Below, piece after piece: positions 18,440 to 28,408 of a stretch of DNA of 64,000 nucleotides. The notes under the pieces are model-generated. The model made no database searches and had not been told where the DNA came from. It saw only the letters and a program-made list of their open reading frames with translations. The number at the start of each line of letters is the position of its first letter. Positions within the stretch are counted from its first letter, which is position 1. The DNA is from Candidatus Poribacteria bacterium (GTDB taxonomy: Bacteria; Poribacteria; WGA-4E; JAJDTR01): assembly GCA_965222225.1 (NCBI GenBank), contig CBDCTK010000002.1, forward strand, positions 3,840,001-3,904,000, in the 5' to 3' direction. Both the position numbers and the translations under genes were made by a program.

Positions 18440-18753
18440 ATGTCAGGATTGCGCAAAGAGCTGACACAGAAGCTTAATTTAATACCAGACGTTTATGTTA
18501 ATCTATGGAAAGATTCCGATTTGCTCTGTGTGTTCTATAAAGATAAAGAAGTAGCTCACTTCCAAGGTAACAATGAGCTAGATATAAGGCTAACAAGGGC
18601 TGTTATAAACGTGAAGGGCTTTCGCCCCCGAAGAACACAACTAGCCACCTAGGCAGGTCCAAAAATTCAACGTGGATAGTGCAAGGATTCAGGCGTTCTG
18701 CGCATGTGGATGAAATGGTAAGGTTAGTTAGAATAGCTATTAAACAGCTTTGA
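18440..18753 (+). pseudogene. Frameshifted small AT-rich gene, DUF5519/luciferase-like family
   Basis: MSGLRKEL..KEVAHFQGNNELDIRLT continues after a 1-nt shift near 18608 as REGLSPP..STWI..VRLVRIAIKQL*. Confidence 0.55.
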
Positions 18754-19061
18754 CTTAAGGGAGTTATAAGTTGACGGTAGGCTCATTGAGGCATTTCCTT
18801 CGTCAACCCTCGTTTTCTAGACGTTTATTATTCGGCTTGAATCCAGTGAATATCGGGTTTGAGCCGTTTTTTTGCCCATCAAACTAAGGGTTTTTGAACT
18901 TCTAACCCAACAATCCTTGTTGATTCGGGCGTACAATCCGGGTGAAATGGCTATCATCTAATGAAGATTGTTGGTTTCATCCTTAAGCGGTTTTCTGCTA
19001 TAATCTTGCGGGACGGCAGAATCCAACAACCGATCTATAATACGCACCGAGGGGACTGATT

Positions 19062-19925
19062 ATGCAAGACTTTCGGAAACCATTCCCGGCTTTGACGCCC
19101 ACCCAACGTCTGCATCTTGAGGTTTACGGCTACGTTGTCATCGAAAAAACGCTGTCGGAAGAACGAGTCGCCGCACTGCTTGATAAAATCTATGAGATTG
19201 AAACCTTCTTTCGCGAAACCGGAGAGTATCCGTACGGGCTCGTCGCGAATGCGCACAGCAAAACCGATCCGAATTATTTCCGTATCGATAATCTCCCGCA
19301 CATTGCCGAGTGTTTCTTCGAATACTTAACCGATCCGTATTTGGTCGGGCTTGCCCAAGAAATCGTCGGCACGCACGTCCGGCTGTTGCAATCCGATGCC
19401 CATATTATTCGGTATCCGCCGGAAAAGATGGAGCGGCAGAACTACGGATTTCACGGCGGGTGGCACGCCGAATTTGGCCGCACGACGAACGGTCTGTACC
19501 ACTGTCCGTTCATCAAAACGCTCTCCAATTTAACGGACTTGGACGAGGAAGACGGGGGCACGGCTGTTATTGCGGGTAGTCACAAGCTGTGCGGAATCCA
19601 ACGACAGGACATCATCGAGGTAGGGTTGCAAGATCCCGAAAAACTGATCCATCACGTCGTTGCTCCGGCGGGATCGACACTCCTACTTTTTGAATCCCTC
19701 TTGCATTCGGGCGGAATATGCACTTCGGGTAAGGAGCGCGTCTTTATTCTTGGCGGGTACTGGCCCTCAATGTTCCAACCGCATCAAGGGTATGAGCCGA
19801 ATGAGGAATTTTTGAAGACGATTCCCGAGGAGTATCATCCGGTGCTGACCGGCAGCAGGTGTTTCCAATTGGAGAATTTCACACGAGAACTTGGCACGCC
19901 TGCTGAAAAATATCCGTTCGATTAG
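19062..19925 (+). CDS. PhyH family dioxygenase (divergent)
   Basis: GYVVIE..LS, LTDL..EDGGTAVIAGSH, PAGS.LLFESLLHSG; HxD replaced by FHGG/WHAE. Confidence 0.8.
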   Translation: MQDFRKPFPALTPTQRLHLEVYGYVVIEKTLSEERVAALLDKIYEIETFFRETGEYPYGLVANAHSKTDPNYFRIDNLPHIAECFFEYLTDPYLVGLAQEIVGTHVRLLQSDAHIIRYPPEKMERQNYGFHGGWHAEFGRTTNGLYHCPFIKTLSNLTDLDEEDGGTAVIAGSHKLCGIQRQDIIEVGLQDPEKLIHHVVAPAGSTLLLFESLLHSGGICTSGKERVFILGGYWPSMFQPHQGYEPNEEFLKTIPEEYHPVLTGSRCFQLENFTRELGTPAEKYPFD

Positions 19926-19982
19926 CTTGCAAATCATTGTAATAATCTACCGTTCACCGTTTCTAGGAGATTCTAAACGGAT

Positions 19983-20128
19983 TTGGGTTTCACGGGACCT
20001 CTATCACGCGGGATTTACTATCGCTTTCGCTATGGGATTTACTATCGCACTCGCTGTCCGCTCGGTTGATCGTTCGTTTGATCTCAGTCAATCCTATTTC
20101 GGTCGCTTGATTCTTCTACCCAACCTAC
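19983..20128 (-). repeat. Multiply nested hairpin elements in a GTAGGTTGGG..GTGAAACCCAA REP
   Basis: Minus strand has four GATCAA-type left halves followed by three GCGATAG..TCCC right halves. Confidence 0.8.
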
Positions 20129-20167
20129 AGCTATTTAAGTCCTATGAAATACGCTAAAGGATAGACA

Positions 20168-21346
20168 ATGCACACGAAAAATAAACCCAGCAAAATCACA
20201 CTTGGGGCGCTATTGGCGCTCGCCATATTGTCGGGAATACCACTACTGAGTCGTGCGGTGGAAGCCCATCAGCAGAACGTCGAGATTGTGGGCAAAGCCT
20301 CGGTCAACCACGTGCCGAAATTTACGACACCCGGCACAATCAGCGCAACAGGAATTGTCGAAGTGAATGACAATATCGGCATTGGGACGACGGATCCGGA
20401 GAATAAAGTGCACATCTTCGGGAACGTTCTTCAGGTGGAGAGCGGAGGACCCGCGCTATGGTTAAAGGAAAGCGATCAACAGAGCTACCGAGCGGACTAC
20501 GGCTACTGGCGGATTATCGCCGACCACAACGCGCTATTCTTCGAGGTTTGGGAGAACGGGAACGGTAAACCGGGGCATGAGTTCGACATTCAGGATGAGT
20601 TCATGTCCTTTCAGCGAACCCAGACCACCGTACCGTTGGCGAACCATATCATTCAGTGGAATTACGATTTTTACGGTCAAGGGGTGCGAGATCTCAACAT
20701 CGGCGCCAACTGGGCGCAACCAAGCCGGCCCCAGAAGCCCCGCACGTTGTCGCTGATGTCGCTCAATGGCGAAATCAATGAGCTTGTCTACGCCATGCGC
20801 ATTCTTCCGAACAATGCGCGCCCACACGTCATATTCCCCAGTGGTAATATCGGTATCGGCGAAACTCGTCCGGAGAACCTCCTCACCATGAAGCGGTCTT
20901 CCGAGACGGATCCCATCGCGGATGGGTGGACGACATACAGCTCAAGACGATGGAAGACGGACATCAAGCCCCTTGACGGTGCGTTGGACAAAGTTCGGCG
21001 ATTGCGCGGCGTGTCTTTCGACTGGCGCGCCGATGGAAAGCAGGACATCGGGCTGATTGCCGAGGAAGTGGGCGAAGTGGTACCCGAGGTGGTTGTGTAC
21101 GAAGAAAACGGGCATGACGCCAAGTCGGTGGACTATGCGCGTCTGGTTCCCCTGTTGGTGGAGTCTATCAAGGAACAGCAGGAGGTGATTCGGAAGCAGG
21201 ACGCCGCGTTGACCGAGCTCAACGGCAGAATGGCTAAAGTTGAAGCCGCGTTGCGGAAATTTCAGAAAGCGGCAGTTTCGCAGATAGGGGTTGAACAAGG
21301 GGTTGTGCAGCCGCTCGGCAGGTTGCATAGCCGCGAATCAAATTGA
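20168..21346 (+). CDS. Signal-peptide protein with C-terminal Peptidase_S74 tail-fibre intramolecular chaperone domain
   Basis: NIGIGTT.P repeats; SSRRWKTDIK..L..LRGVSFDW..GLIAEEV..V.PE.V..VDY..LV..L; terminal coiled coil. Confidence 0.8.
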   Translation: MHTKNKPSKITLGALLALAILSGIPLLSRAVEAHQQNVEIVGKASVNHVPKFTTPGTISATGIVEVNDNIGIGTTDPENKVHIFGNVLQVESGGPALWLKESDQQSYRADYGYWRIIADHNALFFEVWENGNGKPGHEFDIQDEFMSFQRTQTTVPLANHIIQWNYDFYGQGVRDLNIGANWAQPSRPQKPRTLSLMSLNGEINELVYAMRILPNNARPHVIFPSGNIGIGETRPENLLTMKRSSETDPIADGWTTYSSRRWKTDIKPLDGALDKVRRLRGVSFDWRADGKQDIGLIAEEVGEVVPEVVVYEENGHDAKSVDYARLVPLLVESIKEQQEVIRKQDAALTELNGRMAKVEAALRKFQKAAVSQIGVEQGVVQPLGRLHSRESN

Positions 21347-21364
21347 TTGGCAGGATAAAGCGAG

Positions 21365-22390
21365 ATGAAACAGGCACTGCGTTCCACCGTGTTTTTCCAA
21401 AAGGCGCTCGGATCGTTGTTAGGTGGCTTAATCGGAGACGCCATAGGGACACCGACTGAGAACATGCGTTATCCCGAAATTGAAAAGCAGTTCGGTTGGG
21501 TAGCGGATTTTGAATGCGATGGAACCGACGACACGGTAATGAAATACCTCTTGGCAGAGGCGCTTATCCGCACCGAGGGGTACGCGACCTATGACGATTG
21601 GGCTCAGGTCTGGCTTGACCAATGGGACGACATTTTTGGCGTTAAGGTCAACAAATTTTTCCAGTCAGTGCTGCATACTGCGGTTAAATTACGTCGCCAC
21701 TGTATCCCTAGAATGGCAGCGCTGGGTAACATGCCCAGTTCGAGTTCGGCGATGTGTATCGCACCGGTAGGGATTGTAAATGCTTGCAACCCGCGGCAAG
21801 CAGCGGAGCAAGCCTACAACTTGGCAAGTCTCATCCACATCCACGATGTCTCATTTTGCCAAGATGGCGCGGCTGCGATTGCTGCTGCGGTCGCCTCGGC
21901 ATTTTATCCGGCAGCAAGCGTTGACTCCATTCTTGACGCGGCGCTCAACGCCGTAGTGCCGGTAAGTGGCGAGGAAATGTTGGAGCTTATCACCAAGGCG
22001 CTGACAACAGCAAGTGAGACGAAGGATTACAGGACATTCCGGCAAACTGTATACGCCAATGAGGGGCATTTCTTCCGTCGGATTGCCTGTGACTCGCGGG
22101 AGACGGTTCCCATGACTCTGGCACTTTTCCGCCTCGCTGAAGGGAATGTGGAAAAAATGGTAACCTACGGTGCCAACTTTGGACGCGATGCGGACACGAT
22201 TTCCACTATGGGCGGGGCGATCGCCGGAGCTTATCAGGGCATCAAGGGAATTCGATCGGACTGGGTGCAGAAAGGGCGTCAGTTCACCAGCGTCGATCAG
22301 GATGAACTAGCGGAACGGCTCGTCATCACGGCGCGTGCCAAATTTGATTCGCAGGAGTTGGTGCGACAAGGGTTTACCGCGATCTTGTAA
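21365..22390 (+). CDS. ADP-ribosylglycohydrolase family protein
   Basis: GSLLGGLIGDAIG, GTDDT, AMCIAPVG, GRDADTI..MGGAIAGA. Confidence 0.88.
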   Translation: MKQALRSTVFFQKALGSLLGGLIGDAIGTPTENMRYPEIEKQFGWVADFECDGTDDTVMKYLLAEALIRTEGYATYDDWAQVWLDQWDDIFGVKVNKFFQSVLHTAVKLRRHCIPRMAALGNMPSSSSAMCIAPVGIVNACNPRQAAEQAYNLASLIHIHDVSFCQDGAAAIAAAVASAFYPAASVDSILDAALNAVVPVSGEEMLELITKALTTASETKDYRTFRQTVYANEGHFFRRIACDSRETVPMTLALFRLAEGNVEKMVTYGANFGRDADTISTMGGAIAGAYQGIKGIRSDWVQKGRQFTSVDQDELAERLVITARAKFDSQELVRQGFTAIL

Positions 22391-22429
22391 GGCTTGTGTT
22401 AAGTTGGAAGGACTTACGCAATTCGGTTT

Positions 22430-22608
22430 GTAGGAGCGATCAAGGGAGCGAATAGCGACTGCGATGGAGATTCCTTTATTGCGCGTCTTCTGTAGGAGCG
22501 AGTTTCACTCGCGACAGAAAGTCGTGGCCGGAAGAGGATTTCTATCGCACGGGATTGTCTATTGCACTCCTTATCTAGTCGCTTGATCGTTCTCCACTTG
22601 TTTGATCG
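22430..22608. repeat. REP cluster with hairpin elements in both orientations
   Basis: Plus unit at 22438 (GG/CT, GC/GC); minus unit at 22551-22588 (GC/GT, CT/AG); empty REP at 22492. Confidence 0.8.
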
Positions 22609-22732
22609 TTGATGGCGCCCTGCAAAAAAAGGGTTGGTGCGCATTGCGCGCCCTACAGGACGGTCGTGCAATGAGAATAACGATTGTAGAAAGAAAGAGA
22701 ATCAGAGATTTGAAGATTGAACGGAGATTATC

Positions 22733-24349
22733 ATGATGAAAACGTTAACGTTCATCCTTATCGGTCTTGTCTGCGGATTCGTGTCGGTAACACCCCTTGC
22801 GGGCGAAGAGGTCAAGCTGATTGGTGTCGATCAAGGTGCGACGAACAGCCACATGTCCGTCGATATTATCGGAGACTCCATCATTCTCGGGGGCCAAATA
22901 TTGGCGCACAACATGAAGGACAGCTTCGCGACAATTTTCACATGGGATGCGAAAAGCTGGAAACGGACAGCGGAACTTCACCCCGGTGACCGCGACCCGG
23001 CGAACCCCGGCGCTGGCGACTTTGGATGGTCGGTCGCCGTTGACCGCATCCGTTGGTGGGGCATCACGAACTATGCTATCGTCGGAGCACCGCTGGACGA
23101 TGCTGCCGGCGCTAAGTCCGGATCGGCTTATATCTACGCCCGCACCGGAAACAACTGGAAACAGCAGGTGAAACTTATCGCCGATGATGCAGCAGCTGGC
23201 GACGCTTTCGGGTATGCCGTCTCCGTTTACGGAACCACGGCGGTCGTCGGTGCACCGAAGGACGATGACTCCGGCAGCAACTCGGGTTCAGCCTATGTGT
23301 TCGTGCGCGATGAGAACAGTTGGACGCAACATTCGAAACTCGTGCCGCAAGATTTGGGCGGATCCGATGCTTTCGGAGAGGCAATCTTAATCGTAGAGGA
23401 CACCGTTATCATCGGGGCGCCCGGACATACGCACGGTGAAATAAGATTCGCAGGTGCCGTCTACGTCTTCGTACGCGAAGGCGTGGCGTGGCTGCAAAAA
23501 GCCAAACTCACGGCAGACGACGCAGCAGCCAGCGATCGATTCGGAAATGTCCTCGCCATGAGCGGAAACACCCTCATCGTTGGGGCGCCATTGCGTGATA
23601 CGCAGGCAGGAAAAGACGCGGGCGCCGCCTACGTTTTCTCTCGCGACGGCGACCTCTGGAAACAGAGGGAGAAGCTCAAAGCCAAGAGCACACGGAAGAA
23701 CGACCATTTTGGCACCAGCGTCGCAACCACCGGAAAAATTGCCATCATTGGAGCGAATTTGCACGAAGAAAACGCGCTCGCCTCAGGTGCGGCATATTCC
23801 TTCGTAAATGTTGACGGGGTCTGGGAGGAAAGGGACAAGGTCGTGCCCGCGGACGCCGGTTTAAACACCCGTTTCGGCACGTGGGTCGCCATGAGCGGTA
23901 ACACTGTCGTTGCGTCTGCCGGGGTGACGCCGCACCCCGTCGCCGGAAGAAGTACCGGAACGGCAGCCTATGTGTATAATAGCATAGAGGATTTCAACAC
24001 ACCTCCGTACGCTGTTCGACCCGTTGGTTTAACCGTGACGACGCTAGGCAAGCTGAAGCGCACGGCGCTTTATCAGAACTTCCCCAATCCGTTCAACCCG
24101 GAAACATGGTTGCCGTATCGTCTGGCGGCAGATGCTCCGGTGACGTTTCGCATCTACAACACCCAAGGGCAACCGGTGCGAGAGTTGGATTTGGGCAGCC
24201 AAGCGGCGGGTGATTATCTGTCCCTAGAAGCGGCTGCCTATTGGGATGGCAGGGACGAATTGGGCGAGATTGTTTCGAGCGGCGTCTATTTCTACACGCT
24301 TCAGGCTGGCGTGTTCCAAGCCACGCGGCGGATGCTAATTTTGAAATAG
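22733..24349 (+). CDS. Secreted FG-GAP repeat beta-propeller protein with FlgD-Ig/T9SS-like C-terminal domain (paralog 1)
   Basis: Signal peptide; FG.SV...VGAP...G.AY repeats; QNFPNPFNPETW..YWDGRD..G..VSSGVYFY. Confidence 0.88.
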   Translation: MMKTLTFILIGLVCGFVSVTPLAGEEVKLIGVDQGATNSHMSVDIIGDSIILGGQILAHNMKDSFATIFTWDAKSWKRTAELHPGDRDPANPGAGDFGWSVAVDRIRWWGITNYAIVGAPLDDAAGAKSGSAYIYARTGNNWKQQVKLIADDAAAGDAFGYAVSVYGTTAVVGAPKDDDSGSNSGSAYVFVRDENSWTQHSKLVPQDLGGSDAFGEAILIVEDTVIIGAPGHTHGEIRFAGAVYVFVREGVAWLQKAKLTADDAAASDRFGNVLAMSGNTLIVGAPLRDTQAGKDAGAAYVFSRDGDLWKQREKLKAKSTRKNDHFGTSVATTGKIAIIGANLHEENALASGAAYSFVNVDGVWEERDKVVPADAGLNTRFGTWVAMSGNTVVASAGVTPHPVAGRSTGTAAYVYNSIEDFNTPPYAVRPVGLTVTTLGKLKRTALYQNFPNPFNPETWLPYRLAADAPVTFRIYNTQGQPVRELDLGSQAAGDYLSLEAAAYWDGRDELGEIVSSGVYFYTLQAGVFQATRRMLILK

Positions 24350-24416
24350 TAGCACCCACGCAGTTGACCCGCCAAGCTCGACTTTGTACAAAAATACAAT
24401 TCTGAATTGCCATCTT

Positions 24417-24551
24417 GTAGGGTGCGCACTGCGCACCAGCCTTTGAAAGCTCCAGCGCGAGATCAAACGAGTGAATAACGAGGGATCAAGCGACTGGATA
24501 GGGAGCGTAGAAGTCCCATAGCAAATCCCGTGCGATAGAGATCTCGACAGG
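24417..24551 (+). repeat. MITE-interior-type REPs with nested hairpin elements (24461-24546)
   Basis: GTAGGGTGCGCACTGCGCACC..CTCCAGCG, two GATCAA units and three right halves, then CGACAGG. Confidence 0.75.
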
Positions 24552-24724
24552 TTGCATAGTATCAGGAACCGCTTGAGACTTTTTCAATGGTCAACCAAAA
24601 AGACCAAATGTCTAAAATCTCCTCCATTTTTCTTCAACGCTTGATTGACACCGTTTGTTATCCCGCTTAAATGTACAAAGTCGAGTTAAACAGTTACGTA
24701 CAAACAATATAGCACGGCAAGGAG

Positions 24725-26359
24725 ATGGTCATGAAAACGACTCAGTTTATCCTCATCAGTCTTGTTGTTGGCATCGCCATGGGGAGCGCCAGTCACGCCG
24801 CCGAAGGCGAAATCAAGCTCATCGGAGCTGAGGAGGGAGCACGCAATAGAACACGTATGCCCGCCGATGTTGTCGGAAATGTCATAATCGTCGGCGTACA
24901 TGATGTGGATGTCAACAACATTCCCGGCGCGGGCAGAATCTACACACGGAATCGGACAAAGTGGGAACAGACCGCGGAACTCATCGCCCACGACCGCAAT
25001 CTAGATCAAGCCAAGCCGGGGCAGCCGGGATTCGGGTTCGCCGTCTCCATCAGCGGTCGTCCCGGGAGGACAAGCGCGGACTATGCCATCATCGGAGCGC
25101 CGGGCGACGACGACGCCGGGAAAAACGCCGGGGCAGCCTACATCTACGCTTTCAACGGGAAAGACTGGAAACAGGAGGTGAAACTTACCGCTGTGGACTC
25201 AGAAGCGGGAGACGCTTTCGGGTATGTGGTCTCGGTTGATGGGACCACTGCGGCGGTTGGCGCGCCCAAGGACGATGATGCCGGCAGCAATTCGGGGGCA
25301 GCTTTTGTCTTAGTGCGCGATGCGAATAGATGGAAGCAGCATGCGAAGCTCATCCCCAAAGATTTGGCGAAATCGGACGCACTGGGTGAGGCAGTCGACA
25401 TTCAAGGGGACACCGTAATCGCCGGGGCGCCCGGGCACACTCATGGCGGCGTAAGGTTCGCCGGCGCCGTTTACGTTTTCGTGCGTGATGGGGATGCGTG
25501 GAAGGAACAAGCTAAACTCACGGCCGACGATGCGGCACCTAGCGACCGATTCGGAGTTTCGGTTGGCATTGAAGGCGACACTGTCATCGTCGGATCGCTG
25601 CTGAACGATGCTGGCGGTAAGAAAGATGCCGGCGCCGCTTACATCTTTGTCCGTGACGGAAACAACTGGAAACAGCAGGCAAAACTGATTGCACCGAAGA
25701 AGCGAAAGGGCGACCATTTCGGTGCAGCGGTTGCCACCACCGGTAAGATTTCCGTCGTTGGCGCACCGCTCCGCGAAGAGGGCGGACTCGGCGCGGGTGC
25801 CGCGTATTCATTTGTTAACGTTGACGGCGTCTGGAAAAATGCGGAAACGGTTGTGCCCGAGGGCGCCGCGCCAAACCTCGTTTTCGGCTCCGCGCTTGCC
25901 ATAAGCGGCGATACGATTGTCGTTGCTGGCGGTGCCGCCCCTGAAGTCGCTGCCGGATTCGGTAATGGTACAGCGGCATACGTTTATAGCGGGGAGAAGC
26001 ACTTTGGCACACCACCCTTCGCTGTCGAGCCGTTTGGATTGAAGATCGCAACGCTGGGACAGGTCAAACGCACCGCGCTCTTTCAAAATTTTCCCAATCC
26101 GTTCAACCCGGAAACATGGTTGCCGTATCGTCTGGCGACAGATGCTCCGGTGACGTTTCGCATCTACAACACCCAAGGGCAACCGGTGCGAGAGTTGGAT
26201 TTGGGCAGCCAAGCGGCGGGTGATTATCTGTCCCTAGAAGCGGCTGCCTATTGGGATGGCAGGGACGAATTGGGCGAGATTGTTTCTAGCGGCATCTATT
26301 TCTACACGCTTGAAACTGGGGCGTTCCAAGCCACGCGACGAATGCTGATTTTGAAGTAG
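24725..26359 (+). CDS. Secreted FG-GAP repeat protein with FlgD-Ig/T9SS-like C-terminal domain (paralog 2)
   Basis: Same architecture as paralog 1. Confidence 0.88.
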   Translation: MVMKTTQFILISLVVGIAMGSASHAAEGEIKLIGAEEGARNRTRMPADVVGNVIIVGVHDVDVNNIPGAGRIYTRNRTKWEQTAELIAHDRNLDQAKPGQPGFGFAVSISGRPGRTSADYAIIGAPGDDDAGKNAGAAYIYAFNGKDWKQEVKLTAVDSEAGDAFGYVVSVDGTTAAVGAPKDDDAGSNSGAAFVLVRDANRWKQHAKLIPKDLAKSDALGEAVDIQGDTVIAGAPGHTHGGVRFAGAVYVFVRDGDAWKEQAKLTADDAAPSDRFGVSVGIEGDTVIVGSLLNDAGGKKDAGAAYIFVRDGNNWKQQAKLIAPKKRKGDHFGAAVATTGKISVVGAPLREEGGLGAGAAYSFVNVDGVWKNAETVVPEGAAPNLVFGSALAISGDTIVVAGGAAPEVAAGFGNGTAAYVYSGEKHFGTPPFAVEPFGLKIATLGQVKRTALFQNFPNPFNPETWLPYRLATDAPVTFRIYNTQGQPVRELDLGSQAAGDYLSLEAAAYWDGRDELGEIVSSGIYFYTLETGAFQATRRMLILK

Positions 26360-26459
26360 TTGAAACTTCCTTAATGAGTGTAGGGAACGCAGATCTGCGT
26401 TCCCAACTACGCTCGACTTTGTGCATTTGTAAGGTGGGCACTCTGCCTTACATTTTTAT

Positions 26460-26515
26460 GTAGGAGGGGATCAAGCGAACGGATAGTGAGTGCGATAGAG
26501 ATCCCATTGCCCCGA
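26460..26515 (+). repeat. REP with inserted hairpin element
   Basis: GTAGGAGGG GATCAA GC GA AC GGATA GT GA GT GCGATAG AGATCC CATTGCCCCGA. Confidence 0.85.
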
Positions 26516-26632
26516 TGTTTTATCTATAGCGTGCCATTATCCCTGTCGGAATATTTCCCTCATCAAGAAACACTCATTTTTCACTCTATGACTAGCTTTG
26601 AGAAAGTGTTACTTGGTAAAAGTTCAAAGGAG

Positions 26633-28267
26633 ATGGTCATGAAATTGACTCAGTTTTTCCTCATCAGTCTTGTTGTTGGCATCGCCATTGGGAGCGCCAG
26701 TCACGCCGCCGAAGGCGAAATCCAGCTCATCGGAGCTGAGGCCGGAATACGCAATAGAGGTCGAATGCCCGCCGATATTGTGGGAGATGTCGTAATCGTC
26801 GGCGTGCATAATGTGGACCACGACAAGTTTCCGGGCGCCGGCAGAATCTACACACTGAATCGGAATAAGTGGGAACTGACCGCGGAACTTACCCCTCATG
26901 ACCGAAAACTGAATATACCGAATCCGGGGCAGCCGGGGTTCGGATACGCTGTCTCAATCAGCGCGCCGCCAGGACGCAGAAACGCGGACTATGCCATTAT
27001 CGGAGCGCCGGGCGATGACGAAGCCGCAGAAAACGCCGGGGCAGCCTACATATACGCCTTCAACGGGCATGACTGGCAACAGGAGGTGAAACTTACCGCT
27101 GCCGACGCGGGGCAGAGAGACGCTTTCGGGTATGTGGTCTCGGTTGATGGCACAACCGCGGTGGTTGGCGCGCCCGGGGACGATGATGCCGGCAACAATT
27201 CCGGGGCAGTTTATGTCTTCGTCCGCGATGCGAACGGATGGAAACAGCACACCAAGCTCGTCCCCAAAGATTTGGCGAAATTGGATGCATTCGGTGATGC
27301 GGTCGGGATCCAAGCGAGCACCCTTATTGTCGGGGCGACCGGGCACACACATGGCGGCGAAAGATTCGCAGGCGCTGTTTTCGTCTTCGTCCGCGATGGC
27401 GATACGTGGAGGATGCAAGCCAAACTCACGGCTGACGATGCGGGTGCCGGTGACCAGTTCGGCGCTTCGGTTGGCATGGAAGGCGACACTATTATCGTAG
27501 GAGCCAAAAAGCACGATTCCGACGGCATAAAAGACGCCGGCGCCGCATATATTTTTCAGCGCGACGGAAACACTTGGAAACAGCAGGCAAAGCTAACTGG
27601 GCCAAAGAAGCGAAACGGGGATCACTTCGGAACAGGCGTTGCCACGAGCAGGAATATCGCGATCGTTGGCGCGCCGCTCCGGGAAGAGGGCGGACCCAGC
27701 GCGGGTGCCGCGTATTCCTTCGTGAATGTTGACGGCGTCTGGAAGAATGCTGCAACGGTGGTGCCCGACGTCGCACATCCAAACCTCTTTTTCGGCTCCG
27801 CGATCGCCATAAGCGGCGATACTGTCATTGTCACTGGCGGAGACGGACCGGAAAAGGGCGTCGGAGTCGGTAACGGAATAGTGGCGTATGTTTATGGTGG
27901 AGCAGAGCACTTCAATACCCCGCCTTTCGCCGTCGAGCCATTTGGTTTGAAGGTCACAACTTTGGCTCACCTCAAACGCACTGCACTCTATCAAAACTTC
28001 CCCAATCCGTTCAATCCGGAAACCTGGCTGCCGTATCGTCTGGCGACAGACGCACCGGTAACGTTTCGTATCTACAACATCCAAGGGCAACCGGTGCGAC
28101 AGTTGAATCTGGGCAGGCAAACAGCGGGTGATTATCTGTCCCGAGAAACGGCTGCGTATTGGGATGGCAGGGACGAATTGGGCGAGATGGCTTCCAGCGG
28201 CGTCTATTTCTACGCGCTTGAAGCTGGGGCGTTCCAGGCTACGCGACGGATGCTGATTTTGAAGTAG
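26633..28267 (+). CDS. Secreted FG-GAP repeat protein with FlgD-Ig/T9SS-like C-terminal domain (paralog 3)
   Basis: Start set by homology with paralog 2 (AAGGAG ATGGTCATGAAA). Confidence 0.88.
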   Translation: MVMKLTQFFLISLVVGIAIGSASHAAEGEIQLIGAEAGIRNRGRMPADIVGDVVIVGVHNVDHDKFPGAGRIYTLNRNKWELTAELTPHDRKLNIPNPGQPGFGYAVSISAPPGRRNADYAIIGAPGDDEAAENAGAAYIYAFNGHDWQQEVKLTAADAGQRDAFGYVVSVDGTTAVVGAPGDDDAGNNSGAVYVFVRDANGWKQHTKLVPKDLAKLDAFGDAVGIQASTLIVGATGHTHGGERFAGAVFVFVRDGDTWRMQAKLTADDAGAGDQFGASVGMEGDTIIVGAKKHDSDGIKDAGAAYIFQRDGNTWKQQAKLTGPKKRNGDHFGTGVATSRNIAIVGAPLREEGGPSAGAAYSFVNVDGVWKNAATVVPDVAHPNLFFGSAIAISGDTVIVTGGDGPEKGVGVGNGIVAYVYGGAEHFNTPPFAVEPFGLKVTTLAHLKRTALYQNFPNPFNPETWLPYRLATDAPVTFRIYNIQGQPVRQLNLGRQTAGDYLSRETAAYWDGRDELGEMASSGVYFYALEAGAFQATRRMLILK

Positions 28268-28408
28268 TTGGGACTTGCGCAGATGATGCGGCTGAACATG
28301 GTTGGGGAAAGAGAAGAAGGAATCCGGCGATTTGAAGATTGAAGATTGTTGCAACAAGCCTACTATGGGAGCAAGTTTTGCTAACGACAGGAGGTCGCGA
28401 TCGGGAGA

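Noticed and set aside
19983-20128. CRISPR array interpretation of the GCGATAG/ATCCC clusters
   Set aside because: No constant repeat with unique regular spacers and no cas genes; units are nested halves of one element.
20168-21346. Prophage
   Set aside because: Isolated S74-domain gene with a signal peptide; no integrase, capsid, terminase or att sites seen.
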